From an uncultured Candidatus Binatia bacterium (GTDB lineage: Bacteria > Desulfobacterota > Binatia > UBA9968 > JAJDTQ01), in the NCBI GenBank assembly GCA_965215605.1, contig OZ244070.1, positions 928,001 through 992,000 on the forward strand: DNA of 64,000 nt, in the 5' to 3' direction. Both the position numbers and the translations under genes were made by a program. Positions 19,524-29,832 of the stretch are shown here, in pieces. Numbering within the stretch: the stretch's first letter is position 1; every line of letters starts with the position of its first letter. The notes beneath the pieces were generated by a model that searched no databases, was not told the DNA's origin, and worked only from the letters and a program-made list of their open reading frames with translations.

Positions 19524-20408
19524 GTGCAAACCGCAGACGAGAAGTTCGTTGACGTGGACGGCATCCGCACCCGCTACTTCGAGAAGGGCAGCGGTGAGAA
19601 CGTCGTGCTGATTCACGGCGGCGTTTTCGGGTCCAACGACGCGGCCGACTGCAGCCTGGACTGGGCGCTCAACTTCGACGCCCTGGCCCGGTGGTTCCAC
19701 GTCTACGCCGTGGACAAGCTCGGACAGGGCCTGACGGACAACCCGCCGACCGACGCCGACTACACCATGGCCGCAACCATCCGCCACGCCATCCGGTTTC
19801 TCGAAGCCCTGGGACTTGGCGGGGTGCATGTCGTGGGCCACTCCCGCGGCGCCTACGTGGCGGCGCGCATGACCCTGGAACGGCCCGACCTGGTGAGGTC
19901 GTGCATCCCGGTGGATACCAACACGCTGGCGCCGGGCATGGGCCGGAACCAGATCGTCTTCGCCGACGCCCCCGAGCCCCGGCTCACGCGGGAGAGCCAG
20001 CGATGGGTGATTGAGCGCTATTCCTACAGCGGCGCCCACATCACCGATGACTGGCTGGACGCGGCCGTCGAGATCGCGCAATCGCCGAAGTACCAGGAGA
20101 GCGTGGAGAAGATGGTCACCCAGGGTCTCCGAAAAAGCCTGTTCCTTACCCGGCACTCGATGCAGAAGGATGAGACCCTGGGGTGGATCCGGGACCGCGG
20201 CCTGCAAAAGCCCACGCTGCTGGTGTGGGGCTACAACGATCCGACGGCTACCCTGTCTCAGGGAATGCGGCTGTTCGAGTTGATGTGCATGCGCGAGCGC
20301 CGTTCACGGATGCACATCATCAATCGGGCCGGGCACTTCTCCTACCGCGAGCACCCCAGGGAATTCAACGAGGTGCTACGCGGCTTCATCGCCAGCCAGG
20401 GGCGGTAG
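19524..20408 (+). CDS. Alpha/beta hydrolase (meta-cleavage product hydrolase-like)
   Basis: LIHGG, GHSRG, WGYNDP, GHF; AAGGAG RBS. Confidence 0.85.
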   Translation: MQTADEKFVDVDGIRTRYFEKGSGENVVLIHGGVFGSNDAADCSLDWALNFDALARWFHVYAVDKLGQGLTDNPPTDADYTMAATIRHAIRFLEALGLGGVHVVGHSRGAYVAARMTLERPDLVRSCIPVDTNTLAPGMGRNQIVFADAPEPRLTRESQRWVIERYSYSGAHITDDWLDAAVEIAQSPKYQESVEKMVTQGLRKSLFLTRHSMQKDETLGWIRDRGLQKPTLLVWGYNDPTATLSQGMRLFELMCMRERRSRMHIINRAGHFSYREHPREFNEVLRGFIASQGR

Positions 20409-20428
20409 ACCCCCGCCGCGCCACCCCG

Positions 20429-20454
20429 GATCCCGGATCGAGTCCGGGATGACG
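20429..20454. repeat. REP-like palindrome between convergent genes
   Basis: ATCCCGGA-TCGAG-TCCGGGATGAC hairpin. Confidence 0.55.
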
Positions 20455-20468
20455 CGGCGGGCGGGTCT

Positions 20469-22508
20469 CTACCCTCCCAACCATTGCAGCAAGACTTCCT
20501 GGGGGCCGGCCACCACGCCCTGGGGCCAGGGGATGTGGAGGGTGTAGTGGAACACGCCCAGCAGGACGGCAAGGGCCAGGGCGGTGTAGCCCAGGCAGAG
20601 CCGCCATCCGGCGCGGGCGCGCAGCGCCAGATACAGCCACATGAACAGCGGCACGGTCAACAGGAAGCCGATGAGCCAGATGGAGGCCAGCAGCCCCAGG
20701 ATCCAGCCGAAGATGTCGGCGGCCCTGCGCGCGACGAGCCCTCCCGGAACGCCGCGCTCCGCTTCCAGGTCCATGATCCGGGCCGCGCTTCCGCCGGAGA
20801 CCCGGAACAAATCCAGGAAAAGCTGGGCTGCGCACATGCCCACGGCCACCAACCCCACCACCAGGGGAAAGAGCCGGGCCTGGGCCGGCCACCCGCGGGC
20901 GGTGATGACTCCGGCAAGGACCAGGAGGAGAATCGCCACGGTGAATACCGCCGGCACGCTCAGATGGAATTGGAACCGCGGCCCGGAAGCCTCCGGAACC
21001 GGTTCTTCTCCCACCGCCATGCCCGGACCGGTCCACCTTTGACCGTAGACCAGGCTGGCGACGATGAGCGCGCCGATGACCAGGACGATGGGCCGCCACA
21101 GCCAGGTTACACCGAAGTGGCTGGCGGAGATGAAGAAGTAGTTCTCCAGCACGCTGCTCAGCACCAGGCCCAGGATGAGCGGAGGCCTGGGCCAGCCGAA
21201 GCGCTTCATGAGCCATCCCAGGAAGCCGAAGGACAACAACAGAAGCAGGTCGCCGTGGTGGCGCTTGGCCTGGAATGCCGCCAGGAACACCACGACGATC
21301 ACCAGCGGCGCCAGCAACTGGACCCGGACGTTGGCGAGACGGGCCAGGAAATTGGTCAGGAGCAGGCACAGCCCGGTGCCGAAGATGTTGGCGATGGCGA
21401 TGCTCCAGACCATGGTGTAGGTGATGTCCAGGTGCTTGGTGAGCATGTCCGGGCCCGGGCTGATCCCCTGGATCAGGAAGACCCCGAGCAGGATCGCCAT
21501 GGAGGCGCTGCCGGGCACGCCGAAGGCCAGGGTCGGGATCAGCGAGCCGCCCTCCTTGGCGTTATTGGCGCTCTCCGGGGCGATGACGCCGCGCACGTCG
21601 CCGGTGCCGAAGGAATCCCGCGCGCCGCGCTCGGTCTGCACCGCGTGCCCGTAGGCGAACCAGTCCACCACCGCGCCGCCCAGGCCGGGCGTAGCGCCGA
21701 CCCAGACCCCGACGGCGCTGGAACGCAGCACCAGAAACCAGTGACGGAGGGCGTCGCGGATGCCCACGGTCACGCCTCGCAAGGCATCCCTGGGCACGTC
21801 GGCGATGCGGGTGCCGCGGATCACCAGGTCCACCATCTCCGGGATGGCGAAAATGCCCAGGGCCACGGGCACCAGCGGGACTCCCTCCCAGAGGTAGAGC
21901 TGGCCGAAGGTCCAGCGCATCTCCCCCACCTGGTAGTCCATCCCCACCATGCCCACCATCAGTCCCAGCGCCCCCACCACCAACCCCTTGAGCGGGGCGC
22001 CACCGCTCAGCACCGCCACCATGGAGATGCCCAGCATGCCCATCATGAAGAACTCGGGGGCGCTGAAGGCGAGCACGATGGGGCGCAGGACCGGTATGGA
22101 TACCGCCAGGATGGCGGCGCCGAAGAGCCCGCCCATCATGGACGCCATGTAGGCGGCGCCGAAGGCCCGGCCCGCTTCTCCCTTCTTGGCCATGGGATGG
22201 CCGTCCAGGATGGTGGCCTGGGAGGCCGCCGTGCCCGGCACCCCGAACAACACCGAGGGGATGGTATCCGACGTGCTCGTCACCGAGATCAGCCCGATCA
22301 TGACCGCGAACGCGTTCAGGGGTTCCAGGTCCAGGGTGAACGGAAGCAGTATGGCCAGCCCCACGAGCCCGCCGAGGCCGGGAATGGCGCCGAGGGACAG
22401 GCCCATGACGACGCCGAGGGACAGGAAGACAAGACTCCGGGGGATCAGGTCGAAGAAACACGGACAGCCGAAGATGTTCTCTACCGCGCCGAGGGCTGCG
22501 TCCCACAT
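20469..22508 (-). CDS. tctA: Tripartite tricarboxylate transporter permease TctA with C-terminal TctB-like extension
   Basis: GAIPGLGG, GVPGT, LDGHPMAKKGEA, APESANNA; about 170 extra residues with 4 TMs ending LHIPWPQG. Confidence 0.88.
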   Translation of the reverse strand: MWDAALGAVENIFGCPCFFDLIPRSLVFLSLGVVMGLSLGAIPGLGGLVGLAILLPFTLDLEPLNAFAVMIGLISVTSTSDTIPSVLFGVPGTAASQATILDGHPMAKKGEAGRAFGAAYMASMMGGLFGAAILAVSIPVLRPIVLAFSAPEFFMMGMLGISMVAVLSGGAPLKGLVVGALGLMVGMVGMDYQVGEMRWTFGQLYLWEGVPLVPVALGIFAIPEMVDLVIRGTRIADVPRDALRGVTVGIRDALRHWFLVLRSSAVGVWVGATPGLGGAVVDWFAYGHAVQTERGARDSFGTGDVRGVIAPESANNAKEGGSLIPTLAFGVPGSASMAILLGVFLIQGISPGPDMLTKHLDITYTMVWSIAIANIFGTGLCLLLTNFLARLANVRVQLLAPLVIVVVFLAAFQAKRHHGDLLLLLSFGFLGWLMKRFGWPRPPLILGLVLSSVLENYFFISASHFGVTWLWRPIVLVIGALIVASLVYGQRWTGPGMAVGEEPVPEASGPRFQFHLSVPAVFTVAILLLVLAGVITARGWPAQARLFPLVVGLVAVGMCAAQLFLDLFRVSGGSAARIMDLEAERGVPGGLVARRAADIFGWILGLLASIWLIGFLLTVPLFMWLYLALRARAGWRLCLGYTALALAVLLGVFHYTLHIPWPQGVVAGPQEVLLQWLGG

Positions 22509-22615
22509 AGGTCTGCTTCCCTTGAAATCAGGGTCCGATTCCCCTAGTGTCGTGTCCCGTCAATTCGGAGTGTGCCCAACACAAACGACCGGAATCTACC
22601 AGATGAGGACGGAAC

Positions 22616-23038
22616 ATGGGTATCGCAGCCATTGATCATTGGGTCCTGGTGGTCAAGGACCTGGAAGAGACTTTCGCCTTCTACCGCAAGATCGGCCTTG
22701 AGGCCGGCTGGCAGGAGCGTCCCGGCGGGCGCGGGAAGCGCCCGATCATCCGCATCAGCGACACGCAGAAGGTGAACCTGTACGTGGTCGATCGCTACAC
22801 GACCGAGAGCCCGACCCACGCGCCCAACTTCGCCACGGGGGGCGCGGACTTCTGTTTGCGTTGGGAAGGAACGGTGCAGGAAGCCCAGGATTTCCTCCGA
22901 CAGGCCGGCGTCGACGTCATCTCCGGACCCGTGGCCCGCACCGGCTCCCAGGGCGTCGGCACCAGCCTGTACTTCCGCGACCCCGACGACAACCTGATCG
23001 AGTTGATGGCCTACGGCGACCCCGCGTACGCCTCGTAG
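22616..23038 (+). CDS. VOC / glyoxalase family protein
   Basis: IDHWVLVV, DFCL, SLYFRDPDDNLIEL. Confidence 0.88.
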   Translation: MGIAAIDHWVLVVKDLEETFAFYRKIGLEAGWQERPGGRGKRPIIRISDTQKVNLYVVDRYTTESPTHAPNFATGGADFCLRWEGTVQEAQDFLRQAGVDVISGPVARTGSQGVGTSLYFRDPDDNLIELMAYGDPAYAS

Positions 23039-23057
23039 GGGCGACCGGCGGTCGCCC
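23035..23057 (+). repeat. GTAG-type REP-like palindrome
   Basis: GTAG-GGGCGACC-GGC-GGTCGCCC, GTAG overlapping the VOC stop codon. Confidence 0.55.
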
Positions 23058-23066
23058 GCGCCACGG

Positions 23067-24269
23067 CTATGCCGCCTCGGGCCGCGGGCCGACGGTGATG
23101 GGGCCCGGTTGGTAGAGAATCTGGTCGATGCCGGATTCGTCCACGTCGAGCTTGTAGAGCCCGACGGCGTTGTCCATCAGGATCTTCTTGCGCTCCTCCG
23201 CGGAATCGACGTCCTGCAGCGAGTGGGTGCGGCACCACACCGACTTGGGCCAGGTGGTGGTGCCGTGGGGGTAGTCCACCGAGTACATGATCTTGTCCAC
23301 GCCGATCTCGTCGCGGCTGCGGATGCCGTGGCGCTCATGCCAGAAGGTGGCCCACATGTTGGTCTGGAAGACATCGCTGGGCTTGCGCGTGAGGGTGGAG
23401 TTCTCGGCAACCTTGCGCTCCTCGAACTCGTGGTCCAGCTCCTCCAGCAGGTAGGGCAGCCAGCCCACGCCGCTCTCCACGCTGATGGTCTTGAGCCGGG
23501 GAAATTTCTCGAACACGTCCGAATAGAGGATGTTCGAGACGATCTCCATGTGGCTCACGAACGTCATGGACACGCCCAGGGCGAACTGCGCGCTTTTCTC
23601 CAGGGACTTCCAGGGAGGCAGCGCGGGCAGCGCGGTGGAGTGCAGGCAGATGGGCACGTCGAGGTCGCAGCAGGCCTGAAAGACCGGGTACCAGTAGGGA
23701 TCGTTGAAGTGTTTGAGCCCCAGGATGTGGGGGGCGCCGTGCCACACCAGCGCCTTGTGGCCGCGCTTCACCGCGCGATGGATCTCGGCCACGCACAGGT
23801 CCACGTCCCACATGGGCGCGACGCACTGGGCGATGAACCGGGGCGTGACGTCCTGCCACTCGTCGATGAGCCAGTCGTTGTAGGCCTGGATGCAGGCCAG
23901 CCGGAACGCCTCGCTGCCTTCCTTCTGGAAGTTCTGGTTGGTGATGCCGATGATGTTGGGAAAGAGCACCGAGGCGTCCAGCTCCTCCTGATCCAGCACC
24001 TTCAGGCGCTCCGAAACCATGTATGTGGAACGCGGGACATCTTCCCACCTTTTCACGTTGGGGTTGACGCCCGAGACCCGGGCGAGCCCGCCGAACCCTT
24101 TGGCGTTGCTGCCCAACGACCAAGTCTGGGTGCCGTCCGGCAACTCGATGATGTGCGGGATGTCGTCGCCGAACTTCGCCTTGGACATCCTGCTAGTCCA
24201 TACATCGGGGGCCTCCTGGATGTGATCATCCGCGGAGACGACGCCGTATTTCATCTTGAGCGTTGCCAT
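23067..24269 (-). CDS. Amidohydrolase_2 family protein
   Basis: SADDH, AYNDWL, ICLH, ESGVGW.PY, DYPH, DNA..LY. Confidence 0.9.
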   Translation of the reverse strand: MATLKMKYGVVSADDHIQEAPDVWTSRMSKAKFGDDIPHIIELPDGTQTWSLGSNAKGFGGLARVSGVNPNVKRWEDVPRSTYMVSERLKVLDQEELDASVLFPNIIGITNQNFQKEGSEAFRLACIQAYNDWLIDEWQDVTPRFIAQCVAPMWDVDLCVAEIHRAVKRGHKALVWHGAPHILGLKHFNDPYWYPVFQACCDLDVPICLHSTALPALPPWKSLEKSAQFALGVSMTFVSHMEIVSNILYSDVFEKFPRLKTISVESGVGWLPYLLEELDHEFEERKVAENSTLTRKPSDVFQTNMWATFWHERHGIRSRDEIGVDKIMYSVDYPHGTTTWPKSVWCRTHSLQDVDSAEERKKILMDNAVGLYKLDVDESGIDQILYQPGPITVGPRPEAA

Positions 24270-24410
24270 GGGTTTCGATCCTCCGGTCGACATCGCCGGT
24301 CCCTGTCCCGACCGACGACCGAATGTACTCTCGCCCCCATGACGCTGTCAATGCGCGCCCTTGGCGTGGTGCGCGCCATGGTAAAGGCCGGAGATCCCGG
24401 AGGGGAAACC

Positions 24411-24597
24411 ATGCAAATCATCAATGCCGACGGCCACGCCAACGACCGGGGGCAATTTCCCGCGCGAGGTCTTCGACGCCACAAAGTGCCGCCACGAAAT
24501 CGACGGGCTCCTGGAGCGCGGCGATCTCACCGAGCAGGACAAGGCCGCGGTTTTGGGAGGAAACGCGATGCGGTTCTATTGTCGGGAGAGCGTGTAA
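24411..24597 (+). pseudogene. Internally deleted amidohydrolase_2 pseudogene
   Basis: RBS + MQIINADGHAND (N-terminal motif) joined out of frame to FPRE...LLERGDLTEQDKAAVLGGNAMRFY (C-terminal motif). Confidence 0.7.
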
Positions 24598-24774
24598 CCG
24601 CCGCCCGGCCCGCGCCGTAGGCGGAGACGTGAAGCTCACCGGCCTCTGCCTGCCGGACAGGCTGCGCCGCGATGCACGGCGTTGGCGGCACGCGGCCGGT
24701 GCGGCTTGACAAACCCGGGACAACTCACATAGTGGGGGGCCATGACGTACGATGAACCACAAGGAGGACAACGT

Positions 24775-25794
24775 ATGGCCATTCTTCGCAACGTCCTGGC
24801 GGCACTGGTCGTGCTCGGGTGTCTCGTGCAGGCCGCGAGCGCCGACGAGTCGGTCTACAAGGGCAAACAGGTCGTCATCGTGGTGTCCGCCGACGCGGGC
24901 ACGTCCTATGACCTCTATCCGCGCACCGCCGCGCGGCACATCGGCAAACACATTCCCGGCAACCCGAAGATCGTGGTGAAGAACCAGCCCGGCGCATCGG
25001 GCATGGTGGCCGCCAACTGGCTCTACAATATCGCCAAGCGCGACGGCCTTACCCTGGGAGCGATCCACCGCACCCTGCCGCTGACCCAGGCGTTGGGGGT
25101 CCCCCAGGCCAAGTTCGATCCGGCCAAGTTCAATTGGGTGGGCACGCCGGTGCAGGAGACCGCGTCGTGCTTCGTGCGGGCGGACAGCCCCTACAAGACG
25201 GTCAAGGACCTGATGGAAGCGGCCAAGCCCGTGAAGATGTCCGCGACGCAACCGCGCTCCGACATCTACATCGTGCCCCTGATGCTCAACAGCGTGGTGG
25301 GGACCAAACTCGAGGTCACCTCGGGCTACCGCGGCCTCGGCGCCGCTGCCCTGGCCGTGGAGAAGGGCGAAGTGGCCGGCATGTGCGGCTGGGGCTACGC
25401 CTCCCTGTCGGCGCTCAGGGCTCGCTGGTTCGAAAAGAAGTTCATCCGGATCCTGCTGCAGGTCGGCCGTGAGAAGCACCCTGCCCTTCAGGACGTACCC
25501 TTGGCCTCCGACCTCGCCAAGGCGGACAAGAAGGCCGTCCTCGATGTCTACAACGAGCAGCTTTCCGTGGGACGGCCCTGGACCCTGCCTCCCGGAGTGC
25601 CTCCGGAACGGGTGGCAACCATGCGCCAAGCGTTCGCCAACGTGATGAAGGATCCGGCGTTCCTCGCGGACGCCAAGAAGGCACGCATCCAGATCAACCC
25701 GCTCCACGGCAAGGACCTGCAGGCGCTGGTGGTAAAGATGATAGACATCCCGGCGGCGAACAAGGCCGTGCTGAAGAAGATGTTCAACTACTGA
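24775..25794 (+). CDS. Bug/TctC family tripartite tricarboxylate transporter substrate-binding protein
   Basis: Signal peptide, HIPGNP, NQPGASG, DGLT, PPGVP. Confidence 0.88.
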   Translation: MAILRNVLAALVVLGCLVQAASADESVYKGKQVVIVVSADAGTSYDLYPRTAARHIGKHIPGNPKIVVKNQPGASGMVAANWLYNIAKRDGLTLGAIHRTLPLTQALGVPQAKFDPAKFNWVGTPVQETASCFVRADSPYKTVKDLMEAAKPVKMSATQPRSDIYIVPLMLNSVVGTKLEVTSGYRGLGAAALAVEKGEVAGMCGWGYASLSALRARWFEKKFIRILLQVGREKHPALQDVPLASDLAKADKKAVLDVYNEQLSVGRPWTLPPGVPPERVATMRQAFANVMKDPAFLADAKKARIQINPLHGKDLQALVVKMIDIPAANKAVLKKMFNY

Positions 25795-25811
25795 TCGAGC
25801 GTCAACGAACG

Positions 25812-25845
25812 ACGGCCGGGGCGCCCTTGCGGCCGCCCCGGCCGT
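25812..25845. terminator. Hairpin between convergent genes
   Basis: ACGGCCGGGGCG ... CGCCCCGGCCGT 12-bp stem. Confidence 0.55.
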
Positions 25846-25873
25846 TCACATCGTCCCGTTCCATGATCCGCCG

Positions 25874-26920
25874 CTAGTTCAGGTCAAACAGCCGCTGGGC
25901 GTTCTTGCGGAGGATCTTCTCCTTTACTTCGTCCGACAGGTCCGGGTGGTTCCTGAGATGGCGCAGGTTCTCGGGGAACTCGTTGTCCCAGTGCGGGATG
26001 TCGGAGGCGTAGACGAAATGGTCGCTGCCCATGTAGTCCACGGTGGCGGCCAACTGGGACTCGCCGGATTCCAGGCTGAAGTACAGATTGGACTCCCGCA
26101 CCACGTCGCTGGGCTTCCGTTTCAGTAGCGGCATCTCGTGGGCGCCGCGCTTCTCCCAGTGCTCGTCGAGCCGGTCCATGTAGTAGGGAAGCCAGGTGGC
26201 GCCGATCTCGAGGAAAGCGATCTTCAGCTTCGGGAACCGCTCGGTGATGCCCTGGCAGACCATGCTGGTGAACTGCAGCAGGATGCCGGCGGTGAAGGCA
26301 TAGGAGTGGACCTCGGCAAAGGTGCTCAGGGTGGAAGCGCCGAGCTCCCGCGAGGTGTTGCGGGTGCCGTGGACGCCGAGCACCACGCCCTCTTCCTCGG
26401 CGGCCTTGTAGATGGGATCGTAGTAGGTCTCACCGAGGGCGATGGGCAGTCCCGTGGGCAGGATCTCGAATCCCTTTAGGCCGAGCTCGTTGACCGCGCG
26501 GCGAAGCTCGGCGGCCGCCTCCTCCGGCGCCCGCATGGGTAGCACGCCCACGCAGCTCAGCCGGTTTGACAGCGCGTTGTACTCCTTGGCGAAGTGGGTG
26601 TTGGCGGCCTTGGTCACGGCCACCTGGAACGGCACTTCCTGGTTCTTGGCAATGTTGCCCGAGCCCGTGGGGAAGCAGATGGCCACCTCCATGTCCTGCT
26701 TGTCCATCAGCGTGTGCCAGCGCCGCACCTGCTCCTCGGGGGCGAGGCCCTCCCAGTTGACGGACATCTTGAAACCGTTGAAAAGGTTCGGGTCCCAGGG
26801 CTGGTCTCCCGGCCATAGCGGGGTCGAGCGTTCATTCCAGGGTGCGTCGAGATACTTGCGAATATCCGCCGGCCGTTCGAGAACATGCCCGTCCGTATCG
26901 ACACAAGTCGCGTTACCCAT
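25874..26920 (-). CDS. Amidohydrolase_2 family protein
   Basis: DTDGH, GVHG, EIGATW.PY, SDIPHWD, NAQRLF. Confidence 0.9.
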   Translation of the reverse strand: MGNATCVDTDGHVLERPADIRKYLDAPWNERSTPLWPGDQPWDPNLFNGFKMSVNWEGLAPEEQVRRWHTLMDKQDMEVAICFPTGSGNIAKNQEVPFQVAVTKAANTHFAKEYNALSNRLSCVGVLPMRAPEEAAAELRRAVNELGLKGFEILPTGLPIALGETYYDPIYKAAEEEGVVLGVHGTRNTSRELGASTLSTFAEVHSYAFTAGILLQFTSMVCQGITERFPKLKIAFLEIGATWLPYYMDRLDEHWEKRGAHEMPLLKRKPSDVVRESNLYFSLESGESQLAATVDYMGSDHFVYASDIPHWDNEFPENLRHLRNHPDLSDEVKEKILRKNAQRLFDLN

Positions 26921-27172
26921 GGTTCATACCTCCTGGTTCCGAGTCTGGAATCGGCTGCTATGCATATGAATTTGGCTCTATTGTCTTTGGGCTTGTTTGT
27001 CAATCCAGACTGCTGTCATACATACTCACGGGTGACGCGCACTGGAACCGCGTTTCCCGGCACCCGCTTTCCGAAGGGCGGAAAGACGCCGTGCGGTCCC
27101 GACGGGAACCACGGACCGTCTAATCAGGGGAGTCGCGACGATCGAAACGGCTGATCCGAAGGGAGGTGCAGG

Positions 27173-28198
27173 ATGTCGAACGGAGATAGACCGAACCCTT
27201 ACTCGAAACTCCGTGCCGTGGCCGTGCTTTGGGGAGTGGCTGCGCTGGCCGCGCCCATGGTCCTGGCAGCCGATCCCAAACCCACGGCCGAGTGGGGCAA
27301 GCGCGGGGAATTGGTGGAGCCCAATTCGGAGATGGCGGTGGCATACCTCGACGGCAAGATCTACGTCGTGGGCGGCTACCCGTCCACCCGGAAGAGCGTC
27401 GACACGGTGCAGGTCTACGACGTCAAGACCGACAAGTGGAGTCTCACGACGCCCTACCCCACCACCATCAACCACGCCTCCGCCGTCGCCCTCGACGGAC
27501 GGCTCTACGTCATCGGCGGTCAGACCAATGCCGGCGGACGGAGGGAGAAATCCCGCTACGTCAACGCGGTCCACGCCTACGATCCCAAGACCCGAAAGTG
27601 GACGGCCCGGGCGCCGATGCCCACCGCCCGTAGCGCCATGGCCCATGACGTCATCGACGGCAAGCTTTACGTCGCCGGCGGGCGTCCTCCGCGGGGCCAC
27701 GACTTCGCCGTCTACGACCCCAAGGCGGACAAGTGGACCACGCTGCCGGACTTGCCCACCCAGCGCAACCATATTGCCGCGGCCGCCATCGACGGCAAGC
27801 TCTACGTCGCCGGGGGACGGTTCGGGGGCGGCTTCCGTAGCGAGATCACTCCGGCCCTCGAGGTCTACGATCCCAAGACCAACCAGTGGACGGCGCGGCG
27901 GCCCATGCCGGAAGCCCGCGGCGGACTCAACGGTATCGCCGTCAACGGCTGCTTCCATACCTTCGGCGGCGAACACCCCAGCGCGGGCCCCAGCGGCGTG
28001 TTTCCTCACCACGAAGTCTACAATCCCAAGACCGACACCTGGACGCGTTTCCCGGACATGCCCATTCCGGTCCACGGGGTCACCGGGCTGGTCTACCTGG
28101 ACGGTTGGATTCACCTGCCGGGCGGCGGCATCCGGCGGGGCGGCAGCAGCGGCACCACGCACCACCAGGTGGTGCGGACCGATATGCAATGCCGGTGA
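27173..28198 (+). CDS. Secreted Kelch-repeat beta-propeller protein
   Basis: Signal peptide; repeated DGK(I/L)YV.GG ... YDPK...W units. Confidence 0.88.
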   Translation: MSNGDRPNPYSKLRAVAVLWGVAALAAPMVLAADPKPTAEWGKRGELVEPNSEMAVAYLDGKIYVVGGYPSTRKSVDTVQVYDVKTDKWSLTTPYPTTINHASAVALDGRLYVIGGQTNAGGRREKSRYVNAVHAYDPKTRKWTARAPMPTARSAMAHDVIDGKLYVAGGRPPRGHDFAVYDPKADKWTTLPDLPTQRNHIAAAAIDGKLYVAGGRFGGGFRSEITPALEVYDPKTNQWTARRPMPEARGGLNGIAVNGCFHTFGGEHPSAGPSGVFPHHEVYNPKTDTWTRFPDMPIPVHGVTGLVYLDGWIHLPGGGIRRGGSSGTTHHQVVRTDMQCR

Positions 28199-28271
28199 AC
28201 GGCGGCGCCCGCGACCCGTCGGCCGGTAGCGCAAGGATCGCCGGCGGGGTTCGGCTCCATCGAACTCTTCC

Positions 28272-29756
28272 ATGAACGAGCCGGCGTGGCAGACGCGGGT
28301 CCCCACCGCCGGCAAGGCCGCCCTTCGTTTCCTCGCCGGCCTCGGCACCCTGTCCGTGCTCCCGGAGATGGCATGGGGCCACGCCATCGTCCAACGCTAC
28401 GAGCTGCCGGTGCCACTCTGGTACTATCTCGCGGGCGCCGGCCTGGTGGTTGCCCTGACCTTCGTCCTGCTGGCAACCCTTCGCAAGGAGGCCGTTCCGG
28501 CCCCGCCCTGAAGCCTGGACATCTCCCGGACGTGGCCCGGGCGTCTCATCACCCATGAACGACTCGGGAGGGTGCTGGCCATCCTCTCCGTGGCCGTGTT
28601 CGTATTCCTGATCGCCGCCGGCCTGTCGGGCACACAGGAAGAGCCGCTGGCGAACATCCTGCCCGCTTTCGTGTGGGTGGTCTGGTGGGTCGGTTTCGGT
28701 TTCGTGTGCGCGCTGGCGGGAAATATCTGGCCGGCCGTCAACCCCTGGGCGGCGGTGCCGGCGCTGTTGCCCGCGGGCATTGGGGGCGCCGTACGGCCGG
28801 TCCCTTCATGGATGGGCGCGTGGCCGGCGGTACTGCTCTACCTGTGCTTCGCCTGGGCCGAGTTGGTGTGGCCGGACAACACCGCCCCCGCCAGCCTCGC
28901 CGGCGCCATCCTGGTCTACAGCGCGGTCACTTGGGCCGGCATGACAAGGTACGGCGTCGAACCGTGGCTCAAGTGCGGCGAGGCGTTCTCCATCGTCTTC
29001 GGCCTGTTCGGCCGTTTCGCTCCCCTGGCCCGGACGTCCGAGGGAAGGCTGCTGCTGCGCCACTACGGCTCCGGGCTGGCGGACGGCGGGAAGGTGCCGG
29101 TCTCCATGATGGTGCTGGTGGTGACGCTGCTCGCCACGGTGAGCTTCGACGGCTTTCTCCACACGCCGGTGTGGGCGCGGTGGTATTCCGCGGCCTCGCA
29201 CGGACTGTACGATCTCGGCTGGACCCATGTTCTGGGCAACACCGGCGCGCGCACCTTGGTCTTCACCACCGGGCTCCTGCTGGCGCCGCTCTGCTTCGTG
29301 GCCCTGTTCCTGGCGGCCTGCGGACTCACGGCGCACCTGGAGAGCCGCCCGGAAGACGGACGGCGCGGTGCGGTAGAAGTGGCGTCTTGCTACGTTCTTA
29401 CCCTCGTACCCATCGCCATTGCCTACCACCTGGCCCACTACCTGCTGCTGTTGATGGTCGAGGGACAACTCCTCTACGGGCACATCTCGGACCCATTCGG
29501 TGTGGGCTGGGACCTCTTCGGCACGGCCGGCGTAACGCCGGACCCGACCGTGGTCGACGCCCGGTTCCTGTGGCTGTTCTCGCTCTTCGTCATCGTGGCC
29601 GGCCATGTCATCGCCGTGTGGCTTGCCCATCGGGCGGCGCACCGCGGCCAAGCCGGCAGACCGCCGGTTGCGCCGCAACTCCCCATGCTTGTTCTCATGG
29701 TCGGCTACACCGTCTTCAGCCTGTGGATCATCGGCCAGCCCATCGTCGAAATCTGA
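28272..29756 (+). pseudogene. Multi-TM membrane protein (fenitrothion hydrolase-like annotation family) interrupted by one in-frame TGA at 28509-28511
   Basis: ORFs 28272-28511 and 28572-29756 are in the same frame; QRYELPVPLW N-terminus, SFDGF, PIAIAYHLAHY, SDPFG, PMLVLMVGYT. Confidence 0.7.
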
Positions 29757-29764
29757 GAAAGCAA

Positions 29765-29795
29765 AAGGGGGCCTCTCTCTCCGAGAGACCCCCTT
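29765..29795. terminator. Intrinsic terminator-like hairpin between convergent genes
   Basis: AAGGGGG.CTCTC...GAGAGACCCCCTT with preceding A run (U tract on minus strand). Confidence 0.6.
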
Positions 29796-29832
29796 GCCGT
29801 GTCTGTACCGTATGCCCGGTCAGGCCCCCGGC

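Noticed and set aside
28509-28511. In-frame TGA as a second selenocysteine
   Set aside because: No Cys/redox motif context, it lies in a linker, and the downstream hairpin is weak without a G-first loop; a nonsense mutation or error is more likely
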